A stretch of 64,000 nt of DNA from Vicugna vicugna (GCA_013265495.1 MU059537.1:2294001-2358000), one strand, 5' to 3'; numbered from the stretch's first letter, positions 1-12,947 are shown. Numbers and translations: made by a program. The notes: generated from the sequence alone by a model not told the origin.

Positions 1-130
1 GTTTGTTCGCTCATTCATTCATTCGTTATTCTGCACTGCGCCTTGTATCAGCTGTCTTCCTGGAGTCACGCCATTCATTCCATAGGCATTTATTTACCCA
101 GTGACTGCCAGCATGCCCTGTGCGTGCGCT
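1..130 (-). mobile_element. L2 3' end
   Basis: (ttca)n tail reverse complement plus catttatttacccagtgactgccagcatgccctg. Confidence 0.5.
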
Positions 131-531
131 GCAGTGCTGGGTGCTGGGGGCACCACCATCAACCAGGGGCAGCCGAACAGGTGCAGTGAGTGGTGCCGTG
201 CGGGTGAGGGGGGGAGGACATCGGGGAGGCCCCTCCCGCAGACTCGGGCCGGGAGGTGACACTGTGGCTGCTCCAAATGAGGCGTTAGACAACAAGGGAG
301 GAGAAACAAGGGTTCCTGGACAGGGAAGAGCGAAGAGAAGGAGCTTGCGGGCCCCAGCGAGCAGACGCTCTAGAACCCCCTTTATTTGCTTCCCATGTTA
401 CCTCCGCTAAGCCAGAGGGCCTTGGGGGGCTGCACTGCAGGAGGTGGAGAGCGCACGCCCCTCCTCCTGACCCCCAGAAGTGCCTACTCACCGAGGGCCC
501 ACTGAGCACAGGCGCCGTGTTCTTTCCACAG

Positions 532-594
532 GGAGAGGCGGGGCTCCCAGGTTCTCCGGGATTCCCAGGCGTGCAGGGAGAGAAAGGAGAACAG
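532..594 (+). CDS. COL22A1: COL22A1 exon (window exon 1, 63 nt): GEAGLPGSPGFPGVQGEKGEQ
   Basis: ttctttccacag|GGAGAG...GAACAG|gtgagt; 7 Gly-X-Y triplets. Confidence 0.95.
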
Positions 595-1059
595 GTGAGT
601 GGTGGCAGCTTCTTCCCAGCAAGGCCGCCCTGCCTGTGCCCGTGGAGAGCAGCCCCCTTTGTTGTCTGAGACCTTGGGGGATGGGTGACCCTTTTGGCTG
701 GGATTAGCGCATATTTCCCCAGCATTTACAGAAGAGAGAGGGAAGGGGGTCAGGCTGCTGTGGTCCATGAACTGGAACAAAAGGCCAGTGGCCGAGGGGT
801 CTCCCTGGAAAGGGTGGAGCATCTCCAGGTGATATTTTTGGGAACAGGGTGGGTGGCGTCATTTGTCAGGTGCCCAGTGGAGAATTAGAGGCTTCGTGTT
901 TAACTGACAGGACACCCCTTGGACTTGGCCTTAGCCATGTCAGGGCAGGTCGGGGAGAAAAAAAGTATTTTGCCCAAGGTCCCAGTGCCCTTACCTGGAA
1001 GAGGCCGTCATTACACTCAGTTGAGTTCTCATGTTTCCTAATTTCATCTTTCTCTGTAG

Positions 1060-1113
1060 GGAGAGAAGGGGGAGCGGGGGCTCCCGGGACTGAAAGGTGA
1101 CCGAGGAGAAAAG
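1060..1113 (+). CDS. COL22A1: COL22A1 exon (2, 54 nt): GEKGERGLPGLKGDRGEK
   Basis: tttctctgtag|GGAGAG...GAAAAG|gtagga. Confidence 0.95.
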
Positions 1114-1599
1114 GTAGGACTGCTGCTGTCACCCTGGCCATCAACCCTACGAGCCGCAGAGCCTCCCCTCCATAGTTTGTGTGCACTGTCTGCAGTGAGC
1201 GCCATTCTCGGAGTCAGAGAGGTGGCCTGGGTTACAGTCCTGGTTCCACCCGATGTGAGCATCTTATTTGACCTCGCTGTGCCTCCCTTGCTGGCCTGAA
1301 AGTGGTTCCACTAATATAGGCCGGTATCCACAGGCAGCTGGTTCCAGGAGCCCCTGCAGATACCCAGATCCATGGATGCTCAAGACTCCTATTTAAAATG
1401 GTGGCATATGAGGAATAGCGGACCCCTCGGGAGGCGGGGCTGACTGTACCTCTCCCCAAGGGGTTTAGTAAAGCATAGGTACTCCCCTGCTTGGGGAGTG
1501 AGTTCCTGCGGGCTCGCTGTGCGCCAGGCCCTTGGGAAGCACTGCACGGGTAGTGACTCAGGTGATCCGCATGGCAGTCCAGAGAGGGGTCATGTTAGC

Positions 1600-1730
1600 A
1601 GCAATGCCCCAGTTTTCAGATGAGGAAGCTGAGGCACAGAAGACCAAGCTGCCTTCCCGGAGCTGCGGGGATGGAGGGCGGTCGGGTCAAGACCTGAACC
1701 TCAGTCTGGGCCCAGCGTCCTGGCTCCTGG
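1600..1730 (-). mobile_element. MIR SINE
   Basis: Core ccccagttttcagatgaggaagctgaggcacaga. Confidence 0.65.
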
Positions 1731-3709
1731 CAGAACCACACCTCACACGGGCCTGGCCCGAGGCGGAGTTGGGGCCTGAGGAATGGTCACCGCCCGAAGG
1801 GCGCCCCCCACCGCCCTCACCCCTCTCCCCAACGGTGCTGTCAGCTTGTTCTCCCAAGTGCGCACTTTCTTCCCCTGCAGTGTCCTGCTCTCCTTCTGCC
1901 CTGACTCCCATCCCCCTCTGCCCGGCTTTGTTCTGGGCGGACCTGCCATCTGTATATAAATAGAGATCCTGGAATGGGCAGGGCTTTGGTGGGTGAGCCA
2001 TCAGACCTGCTGCTTTCCTGGGCATTTTCACTTGAGAAACTCATTTCCGGGCTGCGGAGGAGTCAGTGAGACCATTAAGCCCCTTTCGTTGCTTTGGCAG
2101 AATCGCCGGGGCCACGGCAGAATCACAGTCAGGCTTCCAAAGACTGTTCTGCTTTTCTTTTCCTCCAGAGAAATATGTAATAATAGACCATTCTGGTTTT
2201 AAAAAAATCTAAAACAAGACATTAAAGCCGCATTGCCCCGGCTGACTGCCTGTGCATCCTGGCCTCAGCTCTCCTGTCCACGCCCTCCCTCCCGCCTGCT
2301 GTGAGCATTTTGGCTCCAGGGCGTCTTGGAAAGTAGATGTGATATGACTTCCCATCAGCTGGGGCCTAGAGAGTTAAACCACGGAGAGGCTGGGATGGGA
2401 GCCCAGGCTGGTCACCTTAACTCCAAAACTCACAGACCCTTCTGCAGCCGAGCCTCGGTCTCCAAGTCAGAGAGCTGCCCGGGCCCTACCCCGTTGGCCC
2501 CCGACCCTTCCTTCACTCCGCAGCCCTGGGGGTGGGGGGCAGTCTCGAGGCCCTCGGGGTTGGAGACCCGTCTCTCCCCCGTCCTCTTCTTGTTTACGTC
2601 TGTTCGTACGTTTCACTGGGAAAGACCCTCAGCTCTGAGCTTTGAGTCCTTTGGACTTTTTAACACAGGATCAGTAGATTTAGATGAGACTGGTTCTGGA
2701 GCGTGAGGTTAAAAGTGTCAGGGAGAGAGCTGGGTAAACTCAGATAACGCAGGTAGCACTGAGGAAGGATCTTTCTCTCCGAAGCACCTGGAACAGTCAG
2801 GGGAATGCTGCTCAGTGTCTAAGGGCTTGAATTCTGAGTCTAAAACCAGGGTGAGCCGTTTGCTGGCTGTGAGACTGTGGGCAGGAGCTGTTCGTTCGTT
2901 TGTCCACTGATAACCACGTGTGGACCCGGGCCTGCAACAGGCCTGACCCTGGGTTGCTGGGAACACAGCTGGGCGTAGACATCCATGTGCTGACACCGTG
3001 GTGGCTCACGTGGTTCGACAGGCTTTGGGGACCATTCCTCCTGCGTGGAGCAGCCCAGGGACCTCCTTTCCTCAGGGAAAATGCGGTAACAGTTTCCTCC
3101 TTGTTGCGCCTCTGCTGAAGATGACTTCACTCAGGTCCCCGTATGATGCTGGGAGCTGTATGTACTGGTATCATTATTTTGCAAAGAGAAAAACAAGCCA
3201 ATAGAGGTAAAATAATGTACAAAATGGTAGAGTTAGGTTTCAAGCTCAGGTGATTCAACTCCCCAGCCTGTGCTGTTCACAGGAATGCAATGTTGGTCCC
3301 CCAGCCCCCTGAGAAGAGCCTGTCCCCTTCAGAGAGGGTGGGGCAGGGCCCAGGGGGGCCTGTAAGGGGGCTCAGGTCTTTGCGCTCCAGCGCAGCTTGG
3401 GGTGTTTGCTGCAACAGGTGGGGAGTCACCCAAGTGTCATCAGCAGGCAGATGGACAGTGGATCAGTGTTCCCACGCGCACCATGCAGGAGTGCAGAGTG
3501 ATGTAAATGGCCTGCAGCAACACACGGCAGCGTAGACACTTCTCACAACACGAGGCTTCGTATACCTGAAATATTTTATAATTCAGGATCAGTCTGTCTT
3601 ATCAAGATTGATGCTGGTGGGTGATTCTGTTGTCTGGGGCGAGGTGTCCCAGGACGAACAGGGTTGGGGGCAGGGTTAATTGTAGTTTATTTTCTATTTC
3701 TTCATCTAG

Positions 3710-3751
3710 GGTGATGCTGGCCCAGCCGGCCCCCCTGGCTCACCTGGAACT
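3710..3751 (+). CDS. COL22A1: COL22A1 exon (3, 42 nt): GDAGPAGPPGSPGT
   Basis: ttcttcatctag|GGTGAT...GGAACT|gtaagt; end of a collagenous segment. Confidence 0.94.
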
Positions 3752-4149
3752 GTAAGTGACCCTTCTCCTCCTTTGAATTCCTGGGGCACTGGGATGTCCC
3801 CTCCCTCCACACATACCGCTTAGTCGCAAACATCGTTTCAAGGGAGTTTGCCAATAGCTAGACCTGTTCCGAGGTCTCATAACCCAAAAATGCATAAGCT
3901 CCTCTGAGAACCACCTCGTGTTCATTGACTGACTTTATTCAGCAATTACAGTTACTGTTTGTCCGAACATTGACTAGATGCTGAGAATCCACACCTGCCT
4001 ATTGCTTGTGGGGAAACAGAGGTCCAGAGACAGGAAGCAGCTTGTCCGGGGTCAGGCTTCAGGGTGGACGTACAGCCCTAACTCGTGCCTCCGCCGTCCT
4101 CGGGTCTGAGGCTGGGCATCGTGAGTTGGTGTTGAGCAGTGAGTGAGGG

Positions 4150-4375
4150 CCAGGGCTTTGGAGCTGGAAACAAGTGGGTTTGAACCCCAGCTGCGCCATT
4201 CACCAGCACTCACCAGCGCTGTGGTCTTAGATATGTTGCTCAATGTCAGAAACTAGGTCTTCTCAGCTGTCAAGAAAAATGTTCTACCCAGCCAGCTTGC
4301 ACATTTATAGTGAAAATTAACTGAAATAATGTCAGATATATAGCTCGGTTTCTGGTACATAATAAACACTAAATT
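4150..4375 (+). mobile_element. MIR SINE
   Basis: gggtttgaaccccagctgcgccatt...tctggtacataataaacactaaa. Confidence 0.5.
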
Positions 4376-4879
4376 TTTTAAAAACCTGTATAAGTATGTG
4401 AACATATTCGGCATGCTTTTTTTCATTTGAATGTTCCTTCCAAGCCTGGATGTTCTATGCTTTGATCAGATGAGTTCGGGGAAGGTGGACATGGCTCCGG
4501 GTGCTGGCCATGACCGGGGCAAGTAGAGGTTGGTGGTTAGGAGCCAGAGCAGGGGCCTGCCTGGAGGGCAGGAGATAGAAGAGCCTGAACACCCAGAAGT
4601 CCTGCGTGCGGTGCATTAGAGAGCTGTGCTCTGTGGTTTCTATGTGTGTTAATCATGATTCCTCAACTCGGTCTCCTCCTGACACACACGCCCATCAGCA
4701 CGAGACCGACCATTCCGTGAAGATGTGGCAAGAATCTCAGAATCATGTGTAGAGTCGAAACTGGTCGTGTACAGTTTTTTGTTTATTTAACACAGGCAGG
4801 CACGCAGAGAGATGAGCGCCGCTGCCTGGTGAGAGCACGTTGGTGCACTTACTTGAGAAGTTCCTTGGTGTTAACATAT

Positions 4880-5540
4880 CATGAAGTGTCTGCCCGTTAG
4901 TTTAGAGAGTCTCTTTCTTGGCATCTCTCCTAAGAAAACTACTTGCATTGTGTTTTTTAAAAACTTACAAAAATTTACATTGTGGTGTTACTTAGAATGA
5001 AAAATTACAGGCAGCCTGCATGACCAGAAGCAAAGAATAACTAGCCCACAGGATAGCCATATTATGGAATCCTACTTCATTAAAATAAATATGCTGTGTG
5101 TACGGCTTTAAAAAGATACCAGTACTCAGGAAAGATAAAGTGGAAAGAGCGATCGGTGAATTACGGCGCGTGTCAAGGTTAGCATGGCTGCTGCCCACGC
5201 ACGATGCCAGCCCCTGCTCCCGCGTTTGCTGGCTGGGGGGACTTCGTTAAGTAGTTTCCTTCTCTGTCCTTCGTTTTTCTTATGAATGAAGCAGGGCAAA
5301 AACAGATCAGCGACCTCTCAGACTTCCCGTGAAGAACATATAAGTTAATACGTGGAAACAACCATCGGTAACAATGCTCGCCGTTACTGTTCGTGTAACT
5401 CTCACACAAAGTCGTGCGTCTCCGCACATTTATAATTGTATGGAAATATATACAAATGGGTCTGAAAATATCTAAACTGGAGAACAGGAGACGGGGAGGT
5501 AAGGTTAGGAAATCTCTTTTTTTCCTTCTGTTTTGAATTC
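4880..5540. mobile_element. Degraded L1ME-like fragments
   Basis: AT-rich block with ggcatctctcctaagaaaa and tattatggaatcctacttcattaaaat motifs; orientation and limits uncertain. Confidence 0.35.
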
Positions 5541-6490
5541 ATTGTGTTTTTTACTAGAATCCATGATATCCTTTTGTCCATTCATTTTTACTTGAGCTCC
5601 GGCTGTGAGCCGGGCATTGGCAAAGTTTGGACCCTGTGGGGCTTACAGACTAGCCAGGAAGATAAACTCTAGTCACATAGTGCCCCAGATAAACATATCT
5701 TGCAAATTATAGTAAACGCATTCACAGAAAAGGGCAGCGTGCATGCCACGGGGTCTAATTTATATTTGAGTGGTGGGAGCGAGGGGGACCTTCAAAGACA
5801 CGATGTTCAAACTGAAGCCCCACAGGATGGGCTTAGTCAGTTAGATCAAGGGAGGAGGCGAGCGTGTTCCAAGCCAGAGGAGCAGCCTGCGCGAAAAAGC
5901 GTTGGGGCTGGAGAAAGCACGAGGCCTGGGAAGCATTCAGTGCTGCGTGGAAGGAGGGCCACGCAGGGGCCAGTCCGCGGGGTGTTCATCTGCCAAGACA
6001 GAGTTCATATCTGCTGAGCTCTCTGTCCCCAGAGCTGCACTCCTGCAGCTGGCGTCCTCCTCACCTGCGTCGAAGCCAGTAGATGCTGAAAGTGAAAAGG
6101 GGACTGGTTAGGGACCCAGCCATCCCGGCCGGCCCTGATGATTTGCATGAACGATTGCATTTCGGCCTCACCACACCCTGAGCAGAGAACATCCATCCCC
6201 TCCTTACCACTGAGAGCGCAGAAGCTGCTCGCTGTCTGAGGGCACCCAGTGTCAGGTGGGGGCGATGGGATCTGAGCTTGGGCCGCGGGCCTCGAGTTTC
6301 CACCTCTAACCACTGTGCTTTCCTGACTTCATAAATCCTCAGGGGCTTTAAAGGAATGTGTGATCCTAATTGTCGAAACAGTACTCATTGGAGGAACCCT
6401 TGGGGCTGCGTTCTCCACTTGGTAAATCTCTCAGAGGCAAGCTTTTGAAATGAATTCACGTTTTCCCAATTTCTGTGGTTTCCTTTTCAG

Positions 6491-6523
6491 ACATCCCTCT
6501 TCACGCCACACCCGAGACTGCCA
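6491..6523 (+). CDS. COL22A1: COL22A1 exon (4, 33 nt, non-collagenous interruption): TSLFTPHPRLP
   Basis: tccttttcag|ACATCC...CTGCCA|gtaagt; matches recalled human TSLFTPHPRMP. Confidence 0.92.
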
Positions 6524-8166
6524 GTAAGTAGCAGTGGCCCCATGTCCCCCCAGGGTGCTGCCTGGTATCCCCCCAGCCTGGCTCACTATGTCCGCAGGTG
6601 CTCTGGGAGCTGGGCTGGGCTGCATCCTGACTGTCAGCGCCACGTGCGAGTCACGTGCCAGACCTTGTCCTGGCAGCCAGTGGGGATCGGGCCCTGCAAG
6701 GAACCGGCTCCACGTCAGGCAGGACGTTCCAGGGGGGCCTGGGGGTTGTCTCCCAGTAGCCAAGGGCAGAGGCCAGCCCTCTCTTTGGGTCAAGCTCCGC
6801 TTCACTACCTGGAGGGGCTGGTGGCTCCCAGGAGGACAGGATCTCGTGACTTTCAGAAGATGAAAGAGCAGAGCAGACAGCTGCTGTGGGTGTCAGCAGT
6901 GAGGGGACCCGGGACTGGAGGGGACAGGTCTAAGAGGGGCTGCTCAGAGGACACGGAGTGCTGAGCTGGCTTGGGGGTGTGGCTGATGGCGGGAGAGCTT
7001 ATGGCTTCTTGTGAAGACACAAACACGAGACAGAAAAGGAAGGTCACCGCGGCTGCAGCCTCTAGGAACCCTGCCCTACGCCTCCCATGAGCGGCTCCAG
7101 TGACAACGAGCATGTTCAGGATGGCTGGTACCCTTGACAACACCGAGGGCAGCAGACTCGCCTCCCTTGTTCGTTTGCTCTCGGCCGCACTTCTCCGGCA
7201 TGAGGACTTGCTCCGCTGCACCACGCGCGGCGGCCCAGAGGCTTGTGTGGGGAATCCTCCTCCGCGTTTTCACCACTGAGTAGACACGGCCTCCGAAGCT
7301 AAGACGCATCCTGTGTACAGTGGGAAAGAACAGAGTAGGAGGGAAGAGCGAGCTGGTGCCAAAATCATCCAGGAGCCGGGGGATGTTGAGCTGCTTTGGA
7401 GGAAGAGCTGGGAGGAAGCGGGGGCAGGAGGGCCTGCCCCTGGGCAGTGCGGGCTGCAGGGGGGCTGGGAGATGCCTGTGGAAGGGGTGGGCTCGGGGCC
7501 CTGGCTGTGTCCTCTCCTGTCTCAGAGGAAGGGCTCGAAGGGTCAGGGCACCAGAGCATCCAGCGCGGCAGGCGGGGTGCAGGCGCCACTCCCACATCCC
7601 TGAGGGCTGCAGATGCGCCATGTCACAGACGATGGCGCCTGGCTCAGAGGAGTGAAGTGCCTTGCAAAGGGCCCTCCTGAGATAGGAACTGAGATGAAGT
7701 TTTCGGCCACAAGGCCCTGGAGGAGCCGCTGTCCCCACCCGCTGCTGAGGTTCAAGCCCCGCCCCGTGGGTGGCACCAGCCCCCATCACACTGCCCCACC
7801 GCCTCTGGCCTCCAGAGCCACATCCACCTCACAGTGCTTCCCACTCCTCCATCCTCTGAGTCTCCCTCCCTCAGGCCCACCCTGAGCCCCTAAAGCCTGG
7901 GGCAAGTCTGCATATCCAGCCTGTCCTTAAAGGAATTGCTCCATACAGGATGATTTCCAAGGTGTTCCCCTGGAGAGGCAGCTGAGTTGGAGCCTGGGGC
8001 CTGTCCAGCCTCCCCTTTGAATCCCAGTGGTGACCCCTTCCTACAGGGTCTGAGCTTTGCAGAAACCAAGAAGCCGTTTTCAGATGCAAAGCAAGGGGAT
8101 TGTGTCCATGAAAAAAAAAAAGATTCATTGTGGATTATTGCATGAATTCCTCTGGGGCCTGGCCTC

Positions 8167-8180
8167 ATTGCCATGGTAAC
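8167..8180. promoter_or_regulatory. RFX X-box-like site
   Basis: ATTGCCATGGTAAC, 13/14 match to GTTRCCATGGYAAC. Confidence 0.4.
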
Positions 8181-10783
8181 CATGTTTGTATTGATGGTTT
8201 TTAAAGATGTTCTTCTGTTTGACTTCTCCCTGTTCCCAGCTGTGTGCCTTTGAGTCCCTGCACAGAGGGAGGGGCCGGGAGACTTAGATGGGCGGCGAAG
8301 TTTGCGGCACAATTAAGAAGGGAAACAGAAAGGGGGAGGGGGTCGGGAAGGAGAGCCCCAAACCCTTCTGCTCCAGGATCGCAACGTCTCCAGGGGATGT
8401 CGGGCACCACACAGGGGTGGGGGGCTCGAGGCGGTGTGGGGCTGGCAGTTTGTGAGAACAGAGCAGGGACTGCTAGGTGGGTGCAGGTGTGGAGAGGGCA
8501 CAGGAGAGAGGGCCCATCCCTTACGGGAGGAAGGAGGGGCAGGCGGCCTCTGCTTGGAGAAGTGGCAGCTGAGAGGTCAGGTGGGGCTTCGTCACTGGGA
8601 GGCTCGCAGGTGATTCAGAAGCAGCCACCATGGGAAGGCCGCCGAACTGCACCCCCTCAGCCTGAGAGGGGTCCCAGGACGCCCAGCCAGTGCCCTGCGT
8701 TTGCTGACCCCAGGGGAGGATTTGGCTTGGCTGCCATCACCGGTAGGGGGCAGTCGGAGGAGAATGAAGCCAGTTGAGCTCACCCATTCCGCATTCAGCA
8801 GCCGTTAGTCATCATCTGCTGTGCACCCACGAGAAGCCTCTGCCTCTGGGCTCCCGGGCCCCGGGTGGATAATGAGCATCTTGCCTGAGTCCCCAGGGCC
8901 CCTCCTCTGGCCTGGCCTGAGCCTGCCCCTGCCAGCCCCAGCGTGCAGGCTTCTCTCCTGTGTGTCACCTGAATCCACCCCGTAAGCCCTTCTGTCTTCA
9001 CGGATTGTGTCTCCAGAGACTTGAGGCCCAGGCAAAGAATTTTGCAAATCCCCCCACGGGAAATTTTCTTGGAGGAAGTAAGAATATTGTTTGGTGACTG
9101 GAGCCAGAGTGTGCTCTTCTCAGCTGGTGGGAAATGGAGATTCTGGAAGAAGGCATGAGCGCGCGCCTGTAACCTCTTCTGTGTCGGCAGCACGAAGCCC
9201 TCTGCAAGAGCAGTCATTTACTCCAGTCACAGCTCTCCTATGGGGACCACACAGATTTCACTCGACAGGTGATGCAGAGAGAGTGGGGACCGCAGCCCCG
9301 GGCCATGCAGACACTAACTCTGCGATCAGTGATGAGGTTGTGGGAGGCCAGGCAGGAGCCTCTGGGGCAGGGACTCCGAAACCTGCCCACGTGTGGGTAC
9401 AGGAAGCGCCGTGGGACCCACAAAGGGCTGCGGCCGTCTGTACTGCTGCTTCTCCGATGAAAGGCTTAGGACTAGCTCGCCCCAGGCTCCCCAGCTCAGA
9501 TGGTAGACTGCCTTCTGGAACCTTCCAGGGTCCTCTCCAGACCTCCTGGTCTCCACAGCCTTTGCCTTCAAACTCCCTACCTGCACAGGACCCCCTTCTA
9601 CACTCAGGGCAAATGCTCATCCCTTCTCTCTGGGCCTTTCTGCAGACGGGGAGCCCAGTGTCTCCCTAAGCAGCCCACCGCCCTCTGGAGGCTCCTTTAG
9701 TGAGACCCAGGCCTGGCCCTTCTGCTGCGCGTGCTGGCTGTTCCTCTGCTCTCCCCAAAGAGCCCGCAGACACCTGCGCGTGCCCTTTGTTAGTGCATCC
9801 TCATCCTGTGTGAAACAGGGAACCGCTACCCATTTTGCAGATCTAGACACTAAGGTCACTGTGGGCCAATACTTTGCCCGAGGTTACAGGGCTGGCGAGC
9901 TGGAGACCTGGCATTCCAGGCCAGTCTGTGTGGTCCGCGGTCTACTGTCCCCATGGTGTCCCCATCCCACATGCTGGCCCTAGAGCCGCGGGAAGGCAGG
10001 GACCTGAGCCCTTCCAAGTCTGCCTTTGTTACAGTGTCTTGTCTGCCCACCTTCTCCCCGTCACCTGTGAAGAGCAGGGTGGGGGTCTCCTGTCCCTCCA
10101 GCCTTCCTGGGAGGTATGAGGGGAGCCCTGGGTGTGGCACCAGTGGATGAGGAGAAGGACCGATCCCTCCCCCATGAGATTGTCCCATCCCAGGAGCCCC
10201 GACGCTATGTACTCCTTCCCAGCCCATGCCCGTCTCTTCTGTAGCAAAAGTTAGAAACGCCATTTTGTCCATGAGAGTCCAATGTTCGGTTCCCATTCTG
10301 TCCCCGAAGGGCTGGATCTGTTGAACAAAGCCCCTTCCTCAGCTTCTCCATCAAGACAAGAAAGGGGTTGGGTCAGGGGGCCGAGAAAGACCCTTCTTCC
10401 TCCCTGCATCCTTCCCACTGGTCACTGATGGGCTCCCGCTAGCCAGGCTCTGGGCTGGGGGGACAGGAATCAGACCACACAGAGAAGTCGGCTGCTGTGG
10501 TGCCCGGTGCCGAGGGGGAGAAAGACTGATGTGCGAGCCTGCAACAGCAGGGCTTGGCCCAGCTCAGGAGTCATTCTCCCTGAAGAAGGCGTTCTTGACC
10601 TTAGATCTGAAGGATGAGTAAGGCTCTGTCGGAGTCTAGTGGCGTCTGGCTGGAGGGGAGAGGCCCCAGGCCTAGGGGCAGCCCGGGGAGGACGGGTCTG
10701 GAGCCTTGCAGGACGGGAAGGCCCGTGTGGCGGGTCTGGGAGCGGGCTGAGTGCGTCTGTACTCTGTGCTTCTCTGCCAACAG

Positions 10784-10837
10784 GGAGAGCCAGGGCCCAA
10801 AGGAGAGAAGGGCGATCCCGGTGCGCCTGGGGACCTG
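10784..10837 (+). CDS. COL22A1: COL22A1 exon (5, 54 nt): GEPGPKGEKGDPGAPGDL
   Basis: ctctgccaacag|GGAGAG...GACCTG|gtgagt. Confidence 0.95.
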
Positions 10838-11112
10838 GTGAGTGCCCTGTGCTCGGCCCCACACCCCTGCTCCACGCGCCTCCCTCTGTGCGGCTGGTTT
10901 CCCTGAGACAGGATGCTGAGGGCAGAGCAGCTGCAGGTCTGAACTGCGCACAGGAGCCCTGCTGAACCAAATGAGGCCCCTTCCTCATCCCTCATGGGTC
11001 CAAGGACACCCCCCCGTGGATCTCAAATTATGCCCATTGCACGTGTCCAGGCCTCCCCCACCTGCCCAAAGCGAGGGGTTATCCGGTCCACTGATGGGTT
11101 GTTTCATTGCAG

Positions 11113-11166
11113 GGACCACAGGGTCATCCTGGAGAACTGGGGCCTCGGGGACCCACTGGACCACCG
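11113..11166 (+). CDS. COL22A1: COL22A1 exon (6, 54 nt): GPQGHPGELGPRGPTGPP
   Basis: tttcattgcag|GGACCA...CCACCG|gtaaga. Confidence 0.95.
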
Positions 11167-11942
11167 GTAAGAAAACCCTCTGTCCCCCTGTTGCCTCGAA
11201 ATCCCCACAGCTTCTCCATCTCCTGCTGGCCCTTCTCACCTGTCATTCCCGGAGTGTCCACCAGGGGCGCTGCTGGGACTGCATGAGTCCAGGGCCTTGG
11301 GGCTGAGAGGGCCCCACAAAGTGCCCCAAAACGCAGCGCACGGCGCCGGGTCCTGCCTCTGGGCCCCTGGGTGTCGTTTAGGCGAGCTCGGTTCCAGCCA
11401 CGCCTTCCCTCCCCAGCTCAGTGCCGTCAGGCTGGTGGTGCTCAGCTCCAGGGCTGTCCCTGGCTCCCTAAGGCTTTTCAGACGCAGGCAGCCCCTTCCT
11501 TCCCGCCAGCCATGACTGGCGGCTCCAGTTTAAATGACACCTGGAGTGTGTTGGCATTTTGACTGTATTTTCTGCAGCTTTGGCTTCTTAACTGGGCTCT
11601 TTGTTGGGCAGTGGCTCATGCTCTCCGAGAGTTTCCCTGGGAACGACCCGTCAGGGCTCAGACCCCATGGGGCCCTGGGCTGGCTGTGTGCACCTGGCCT
11701 GGCCTGGCCCTGAGCCTCGTTTACGTAAAGATGAAGGGTTGGTACTGATCCCTGTGTCCTGGGGGTGGGGAAGATGGCCAGCGGAGGCCTGGAGGTGTGA
11801 TTCTGCACCTTTAAACCCTGCCCCCTGCCCTCTCGGTTTGGATCACCTGATTCTGATGTTAAGTTCTCCCTGACCTCCCTGCACAGGGCTGAGGACAGCA
11901 TTGCCTGCGGTGTCCCACCACCACATTTTATTTCCTCTGCAG

Positions 11943-11996
11943 GGTGCCAGGGGCCAAGAAGGTGCACAGGGGACGCCCGGAGCAGCTGGGAACCCC
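11943..11996 (+). CDS. COL22A1: COL22A1 exon (7, 54 nt): GARGQEGAQGTPGAAGNP
   Basis: tttcctctgcag|GGTGCC...AACCCC|gtgagt. Confidence 0.95.
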
Positions 11997-12381
11997 GTGA
12001 GTCCTCATGCGCCACCTGGCCCCCCCACCCCGGGGTCCCACGGGAGGGAGCCTGGGCCGAGCACCTGCCCCTGGGCTCCCAGCTCTCAGCTGACTGTGAG
12101 CAAGGGGCCAGGAAGGTGCAGTCCACACTGGAGGGCTGGCCAGGGCTGGGGCCTTCTGAGCAGTGAGGACCAGAGAACATCTCCACAGCGCTCCCAGCAC
12201 CTTGGGGCTTTGTCCACGTGCCAGCCCACGAAGGGAATCGCCTGCCGCACAAACACGGGTGATCCACATGTGGACACACATGGACGCTCTTTCCCAGATG
12301 GGTTTGACACTCCCGGAAGTGTGCCCACGTGCACAGCCGCACCCGCACATTCGGAAACCCGGGTGCCCACATACAGTGATG

Positions 12382-12418
12382 CACGCACACGCGCACACAC
12401 ACACGCGCACACACACAC
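12382..12418. repeat. Imperfect (CA/CG)n microsatellite
   Basis: cacgcacacgcgcacacacacacgcgcacacacacac. Confidence 0.85.
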
Positions 12419-12902
12419 CCCTGATGCAGTTCCAGCCAACCCAGGAAGACACACAGACCTTCGTTAGACCAGGGTGTCTTTCTCTGCGACTCCGATCTGG
12501 ACGGTCTGCTCCATTTTCAGTGTTTCCTTTGCCCCATGCACTTCGGATAGAGGCCAGACGTCACCTAGACCCTCGTGCACGTTAGATCCTGGCTTCCTCT
12601 GTGCCTGCCCCCGACAGACACCACCTCTGCCTCCCCCGTGCCTTGGTCTTGAGGAGCTTCCTAGCATCCTCCTGCCTCCTGCCTCCCACCGCTGGGCCAG
12701 AGTCTCACTCACTTGAGGCTTGGCTGGTAGAGGCGCTGCAGCACTCAGGCAGGGGTTTATCTCACCTGTTGGGGGAGTTTCAGGTTAGAAACGTTTCTGG
12801 CAAGTCAGGGGGAACAGAGTGGAGGTGGGTTTGGAGAGAGCCTGGGGCGACTGCTTGCAGCCAACACGCTGGCCTTTCTAACCTCCTTCCATCTCTGAAC
12901 AG

Positions 12903-12947
12903 GGCGCTCCTGGACCTGCAGGTCCCAGTGGCCCCCCAGGAAGTGCG
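12903..12947 (+). CDS. COL22A1: COL22A1 exon (8, 45 nt): GAPGPAGPSGPPGSA
   Basis: ccatctctgaacag|GGCGCT...AGTGCG|gtgagt. Confidence 0.93.

Noticed and set aside
1935-1998. GC box plus TATATAAA followed by a donor-like GGTGAGC
   Set aside because: The implied first exon would be only about 8 nt, there is no CpG island, and such motifs arise by chance.
11530-12414. Longest ORF in the track (294 aa, minus strand) and other ORFs over 150 aa (7076-7789, 9091-9669, 11901-12467, 13602-14180)
   Set aside because: Low-complexity Pro/Gly/Arg/Ala-rich translations typical of GC-rich intron. They span microsatellites or collagen exons in other frames and show no recognisable domain.
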